From: Lingula anatina
Lineage: Eukaryota; Animalia; Brachiopoda
Direction: 5' to 3'
Assembly (NCBI GenBank): GCA_051362555.1
Contig: CM120643.1
Location: 12,870,644-12,934,643 of the forward strand
DNA length: 64,000 nucleotides
Made by a program: the position numbers and the translations under genes. Positions 57,701 through 64,000 of the stretch are shown here, one piece after another (within the stretch, counting starts at the first letter, position 1; each line of letters begins with the position of its first letter). The notes beneath the pieces are model-generated. The model was not told the DNA's origin. It did no database searches and saw only the letters and a program-made list of their open reading frames with translations.

Positions 57701-60700
57701 ATTTTTGGGTGATTTTGAGTGATTTTCGTAAGGTCCAGATATGGCAGTTTTCTTCAATTTTGGCCAGGTAGGGATGAAAATTTTTTTTCTTCAATATTGT
57801 GTCAGGTAGGTGTGTTTGGTCATTTGTAGTGAGGGTAAAGTACTGAAAGAGTGGTTTTGTCATTATTAAGGAAGAAATAGAGCAAAAACTCTCTTAACCC
57901 CCCCCCATCTCTAAATCCTGTTCTCAGGTGTGCTTGCTGGCAATCTTTAAAGCTAAAATTGGGGGTTTTAATGAAGTGATCCGGGCGCGTTTCCACATTT
58001 TTTATGAATGACAGGTGTGGTAAATTGATTTTCATGAATTTTTGGAAAAATTGGTGACGGGTCATTTTTGGGTGATTTTGAGTGATTTTCGTAAGGTCCG
58101 GATATGGCAGTTTTCTTCAATTTTGGCCAGGTAGGGATGAAAAATTTTTTTCTTCAATATTGTGTCAGGTAGGTGTGTTTGTTCATTTGTAGTGAGGGTA
58201 AAGTACTGGAAGAGTGGTTGTGTCATTATTAAGGAAGAAATAGAGCAAAAACTCTCTCCACCCCACCCCTTCTCTCCAAATCCTGTTCTCAGGTGTGCTT
58301 TCTGGCAATCTTTAAAGCTGAAATTGGGGGCTTTAATGAAGTGATCTGGGCGCATTTCCACATTTTTTATGAATGACAGGTGTGATAAATTGATTTTCAT
58401 GACTTTTTGGAAAAATTGGTGACGGGTCATTTTTGGGTGATTTTGAGTGATTTTCGTAAGGTCCGGATAAGGCAGTTTTCTTCAATTTTGGCCAGGTAGG
58501 GATGAAAATTTTTTTTCTTCAATATTGTGTCAGGTAGATGTGTTTGGTCATTTGTAGTGAGGGTATAGTACTGGAAGAGTGGTTTTGTCATTATTAAGGA
58601 AGAAATAGAGCAAAAACTCTCTCCACCCCCCCTCTCTCCAAATCCTGTTCTCAGGTGTGCTTTCTGGCAATCTTTAAAGCTGAAATTGGGGGCTTTAATG
58701 AAGTGATCCGGGCGGGTTTCAACATTTTTTATAAATGACAGGTGTGGTAAATTGATTTTCATGACTTTTTGGAAAAATTGGTGAGGGGTCATTTTTGGGT
58801 GATTTTGAATGATTTTCGTAAGGTCTGGATATGGCAGTTTTCTTCAATTTTGGCCAGGTAGGGATGAAAATTTTTTTTCTTCAATATTGTTTCAGGTAGA
58901 TGTGTTTGGTCATTTGTAGTGAGGGTAAAGTACTGGTAGAGTGGTTGTGTCATTATTAAGGAAGAAATAGTGCAAATACTCTCTCAACCCCCCCCCCCCC
59001 TCTCTCCAAATCCTGTTCTCAGGTGTGCTTTCTGGCAATGTTTAAATCTGAATTTGGGGGCTTTAATGAAGTGATCCGGGCGCGTTTCCACGTTTTTTAT
59101 TAATGACAGGTGTGGTAAATTAATTTTCATGACTTTTTGGAAAAATTGGTGACGGGTCATTTTTGGGTGATTTTGAATGATTTTCGTAAGGTCCGGATAT
59201 GGCAGTTTTCTTCAATTTTGGCCAGATAGGGATGAAAAATTTTTTTCTTCAATATTGTGTCAGGTAGGTGTGTTTGGTCATTTGTAGTGAGGGTAAAGTA
59301 CTGGAAGAGTGGTTGTGTCATTATTAAGGAAGAAATAGAGCAAAAACTCTCTCCACCCCCCCCCCTTCTCTCTCCAAATCCTGTTCTCAGGTGTGCTTTC
59401 TGGCAATATTTAAAGCTGAAATTGGGGGCTTTAATGAAGTGATCCGGGCGCGTTTCCACATTTTTTATGAATGACAGGTGTGTTAAATTGATTTTCATGA
59501 ATTTTTGGAAAAATTGGTGACGGGTCATTTTTGGGTGATTTTGAGTGATTTTCGTAAGGTCCAGATATGGCAGTTTTCTTCAATTTTGGCCAGGTAGGGA
59601 TGAAAAATTTTTTTCTTCAATATTGTGTCAGGTAGGTGTGTTTGGTCATTTGTAGTGAGGGTAAAGTACTGGAAGAGTGGTTGTGTCATTATTAAGGAAG
59701 AAATAGAGCAAAAACTCTCTCCACCCCACCCCTTCTCTCCAAATCCTGTTCTCAGGTGTGCTTTCTGGCAATCTTTAAAGCTGAAATTGGGGGCTTTAAT
59801 GAAGTGATCTGGGCGCATTACCACATTTTTTATGAATGACAGGTGTGATAAATTGATTTTCATGACTTTTTGGAAAAATTGGTGACGGGTCATTTTTGGG
59901 TGATTTTGAGTGATTTTCGTAAGGTCCGGATAAGGCAGTTTTCTTCAATTTTGGCCAGGTAGGGATGAAAATTTTTTTTCTTCAATATTGTGTCAGGTAG
60001 ATGTGTTTGGTCATTTGTAGTGAGGGTATAGTACTGGAAGAGTGGTTTTGTCATTATTTAGGAAGAAATAGAGCAAAAACTCTCTCCACCCCCCCCTCTC
60101 CAAATCCTGTTCTCAGGTGTGCTTTCTGGCAATCTTTAAAGCTGAAATTGGGGGCTTTAATGAAGTGATCCGGGCGCGTTTCCACTTTTTTTATGAATGA
60201 CAGGTGTGGTAAATTGATTTTCATGACTTTTGGAAAAATTGGTGACGGGTCATTTTTGGGTGATTTTGAGTGATTTTCGTAAGGTCCGGATATGGCAGTT
60301 TTCTTCAATTTTGACCAGGTAGGGATGAAAAATTTTTTTCTTCAATATTGTGTCAGGTAGGTGTGTTTGGTCATTTGTAGTGAGGGTAAAGTACTGGAAG
60401 AGTGGTTGTGTCATTATTAAGGAAGAAATAGAGCAAAAACTCTCTCCTCCCCCACCCTCTCTCTAAATCCTGTTCTCAGGTGTGCTTTCTGGCAATCTTT
60501 AAAGCTGAAATTGGGGGCTTTAATGAAGTGATCCGGGCGCGTTTCCACATTTTTTATGAATGACAGGTGTGGTAAATTGATTTTCATGAATTTTTGGAAA
60601 AATTGGTGACGGGTCATTTTTGGGTGATTTTGAGTGATTTTCGTAATTCATATGGCAGTTTTCTTCAATTTTGGCCAGGTAGGGATGAAAATTTTTTTTC

Positions 60701-63700
60701 TTCAATATTGTGTTAGGTAGATGTGTTTGGTCATTTGTAGTGAGGGTATAGTACTGGAAGAGTGGTTTTGTCATTATTAAGGAAGAAATAGAGCAAAAAC
60801 TCTCCACCCCCCCCTCTCTCCAAATCCTGTTCTCAGGTGTGCTTTCTGGCAATCTTTAAAGCTGAAATTGGGGGCTTTAATGAAGTGATCCGGGCGCGTT
60901 TCCACTTTTTTTATGAATGACAGGTGTGGTAAATTGATTTTCATGACTTTTGGAAAAATTGGTGACGGGTCATTTTTGGGTGATTTTGAGTGATTTTCGT
61001 AAGGTCCGAATATGGCAGTTTTCTTCAATTTTGGCCAGGTAGGGATGAAAAATTTTTTTCTTCAATATTGTGTCAGGTAGGTGTGTTTGGTCATTTGTAG
61101 TGAGGGTAAAGTACTGGAAGAGTGGTTGTGTCATTATTAAGGAAGAAATAGAGCAAAAACTCTCTCCTCCCCCCCCTCTCTCTAAATCCTGTTCTCAGGT
61201 GTGCTTTCTGGCAATCTTTAAAGCTGAAATTGGGGGCTTTAATGAAGTGATCCGGGCGCGTTTCCACATTTTTTATTAATGACAGGTGTGGTAAATTGAT
61301 TTTCATGAATTTTTGGAAAAATTGGTGACAGGTCATTTTTGGGTGATTTTGAGTGATTTTCGTAAGGTCCGGATATAGCAGTTTTCTTCAATTTTGGCCA
61401 GGTAGGGATGAAAAATTTTTTCTTCAATATTGTGTCAGGTAGGTGTGTTTGGTCATTTGTAGTGAGGGTAAAGTACTGGAAGAGTGGTTGTGTCATTATT
61501 AAGGAAGAAATAGAGCAAAAACTCTCTCCACCCCCACCCCCCTCTCTCTCCAAATCCTGTTCTCAGGTGTGCTTTCTGGCAATATTTAAAGCTGAAATTG
61601 GGGGCTTTAATGAAGTGATCTGGGCGCGTTTCCACATTTTTTATGAATGACAGGTGTGGTAAATTGATTTTCATGACTTTTTGGAAAAATTGGTGACGGG
61701 TCATTTTTGGGTGATTTTGAGTGATTTTCGTAAGGTGATATGGCAGTTTTCTGCAATTTTGGCCAGGTAGGGATGAAAAATTTTTTTCTTCAATATTGTG
61801 TCAGGTAGGTGTGTTTGGTCATTTGTAGTGATGGTAAAGTACTGGAAGAGTGGTTTTGTCATTATTAAGGAAGAAATAGAGGAAAATCTCTCTTAACCCC
61901 CCCCCCCCCCACCAATCTCCAAATCCTGTTCTCAGGTGTGCTTGCTGGCAATCTTTAAAGGTAAAATTGGGGGCTTTAATGAAGTGATCCGGGTGCGTTT
62001 CCACATTTTTTATGAATGACAGGTGTGGTAAATTGATTTTCATGAATTTTTGGAAAAATTGGTGACTGATCATTTTTGGGTGATTTTGAGTGATTTTCGT
62101 AAGGTCCGGATATGGCAGTTTTCTTCAATTTTGGCCAGATAGGGATGAAAAATTTTTTTCTTCAATATTGTGTCAGGTAGGTGTGTTTGGTCATTTGTAG
62201 TGAGGGTAAAGTACTGGAAGAGTGGTTGTGTCATTATTAAGGAAGAAATAGAGCAAAAACTCTCTCCTACCCCCCCTCTCTCTAAATCCTGTTCTCAGGT
62301 GTGCTTTCTGGCAATCTTTAAAGCTGAAATTGGGGGCTTTAATGAAGTGATTCGGGCGCGTTTCCACATTTTTTATTAATGACAGGTGTGGTAAATTGAT
62401 TTTCATGAATTTTTGGAAAAATTGGTGACGGGTCATTTTTGGGTGATTTTGAGTGATTTTCGTAATGTCCGGATATGGCAGTTTTCTTCAATTTTGGCCA
62501 GATAGGGATGAAAAATTTTTTTCTTCAATATTGTGTCAGGTAGGTGTGTTTGGTCATTTGTAGTGAGGGTAATAAAGTGATCTGGGCGCGTTTCCACATT
62601 TTTTATGAATGACAGGTGTGGTAAATTGATTTTCATGACTTTTTGGAAAAATTGGTGACGGGTCATTTTTGGGTGATTTTGAGTGATTTTCGTAAGGTCC
62701 GGATATGGCAGTTTTCTTCAATTTTGGCCAGGTAGGGATGAAAATTTTTTTTCTTCAATATTGTGTTAGGTAGATGTGTTTGGTCATTTGTAGTGAGGGT
62801 ATAGTACTGGAAGAGTGGTTTTGTCATTATTAAGGAAGAAATAGAGCAAAAACTCTCTCCACCCCCCCTCTCTCCAAATCCTGTTCTTAGGTGTGCTTTC
62901 TGGCAATCTTTAAAGCTGAAATTGGGGGCTTTAATGAAGTGATCCGGGCGCGTTTCCACTTTTTTTATGAATGACAGGTGTGGTAAATTGATTTTCATGA
63001 CTTTTGGAAAAATTGGTGACGGGTCATTTTTGGGTGATTTTGAGTGATTTTCGTAATTCATATGGCAGTTTTCTTCAATTTTGGCCAGGTAGGGATGAAA
63101 ATTTTTTTTCTTCAATATTGTGTTAGGTAGATGTGTTTGGTCATTTGTAGTGAGGGTATAGTACTGGAAGAGTGGTTTTGTCATTATTAAGGAAGAAATA
63201 GAGCAAAAACTCTCCACCCCCCCCTCTCTCCAAATCCTGTTCTCAGGTGTGCTTTCTGGCAATCTTTAAAGCTGAAATTGGGGGCTTTAATGAAGTGATC
63301 CGGGCGCGTTTCCACTTTTTTTATGAATGACAGGTGTGGTAAATTGATTTTCATGACTTTTGGAAAAATTGGTGACGGGTCATTTTTGGGTGATTTTGAG
63401 TGATTTTCGTAAGGTCCGAATATGGCAGTTTTCTTCAATTTTGGCCAGGTAGGGATGAAAAATTTTTTTCTTCAATATTGTGTCAGGTAGGTGTGTTTGG
63501 TCATTTGTAGTGAGGGTAAAGTACTGGAAGAGTGGTTGTGTCATTATTAAGGAAGAAATAGAGCAAAAACTCTCTCCTCCCCCCCCTCTCTCTAAATCCT
63601 GTTCTCAGGTGTGCTTTCTGGCAATCTTTAAAGCTGAAATTGGGGGCTTTAATGAAGTGATCCGGGCGCGTTTCCACATTTTTTATTAATGACAGGTGTG

Positions 63701-64000
63701 GTAAATTGATTTTCATGAATTTTTGGAAAAATTGGTGACAGGTCATTTTTGGGTGATTTTGAGTGATTTTCGTAAGGTCCGGATATAGCAGTTTTCTTCA
63801 ATTTTGGCCAGGTAGGGATGAAAAATTTTTTCTTCAATATTGTGTCAGGTAGGTGTGTTTGGTCATTTGTAGTGAGGGTAAAGTACTGGAAGAGTGGTTG
63901 TGTCATTATTAAGGAAGAAATAGAGCAAAAACTCTCTCCACCCCCACCCCCCTCTCTCTCCAAATCCTGTTCTCAGGTGTGCTTTCTGGCAATATTTAAA
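45760..64000. repeat. Tandem satellite DNA, ~365-370 bp monomer, ~50 copies, continuing past the window end
   Basis: Monomer ...gtgtttggtcatttgtagtgagggtaaagtactggaagagtgg...poly-C...gctttaatgaagtgatccgggcgcgtttccac...aattggtgacgggtcatttttggg... repeats head-to-tail at high identity; length variation lies mostly in the poly-C tract. Confidence 0.98.

Noticed and set aside
45712-63963. Dozens of near-identical 60-200 aa ORFs (MTRHQFFQK..., MSGRCVWSF...)
   Set aside because: Translations of satellite monomers; their frames change at random with poly-C length and show no recognisable domain.
45760-64000. CRISPR-like array
   Set aside because: Continuous ~367-bp tandem monomers with no unique spacers, no cas genes, and a eukaryotic context.

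Overview
Eukaryotic (animal) genomic DNA, AT-rich and rich in introns and microsatellites. A marine invertebrate/lophotrochozoan is plausible, but the species cannot be determined from this window. All exon models below were built by hand from splice sites and frame continuity. (1) 1-19.3 kb: the 5' part of an RBM12/RBM12B-like RRM gene (- strand), head-to-head with a complete 21-exon TMEM67/meckelin gene (+ strand, ~1008 aa). TMEM67 carries two clusters of tandem-duplicated, frame-incompatible (hence mutually exclusive) exons in its ectodomain, a U12-type intron and a GC-AG intron. (2) 28-43.3 kb: four paralogous genes (+,-,+,-) for secreted 242-269 aa alanine-rich proteins (~58% Ala in gene A exon 2). 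They have an Ala-at-a/d heptad coiled-coil core, an (RAAAAA)n segment and Gly/Tyr/Lys termini, and fall into two subtypes, with one gene of each subtype on a shared divergent promoter. This is the best candidate for an undescribed system: a coiled-coil silk-like structural fibre locus. Two of the four genes are absent from the ORF track. (3) 45.8-64 kb: a ~367-bp tandem satellite (~50 copies) with higher-order structure. Non-autonomous transposons (a Helentron/HINE-like element and a MITE family) are scattered through the window.
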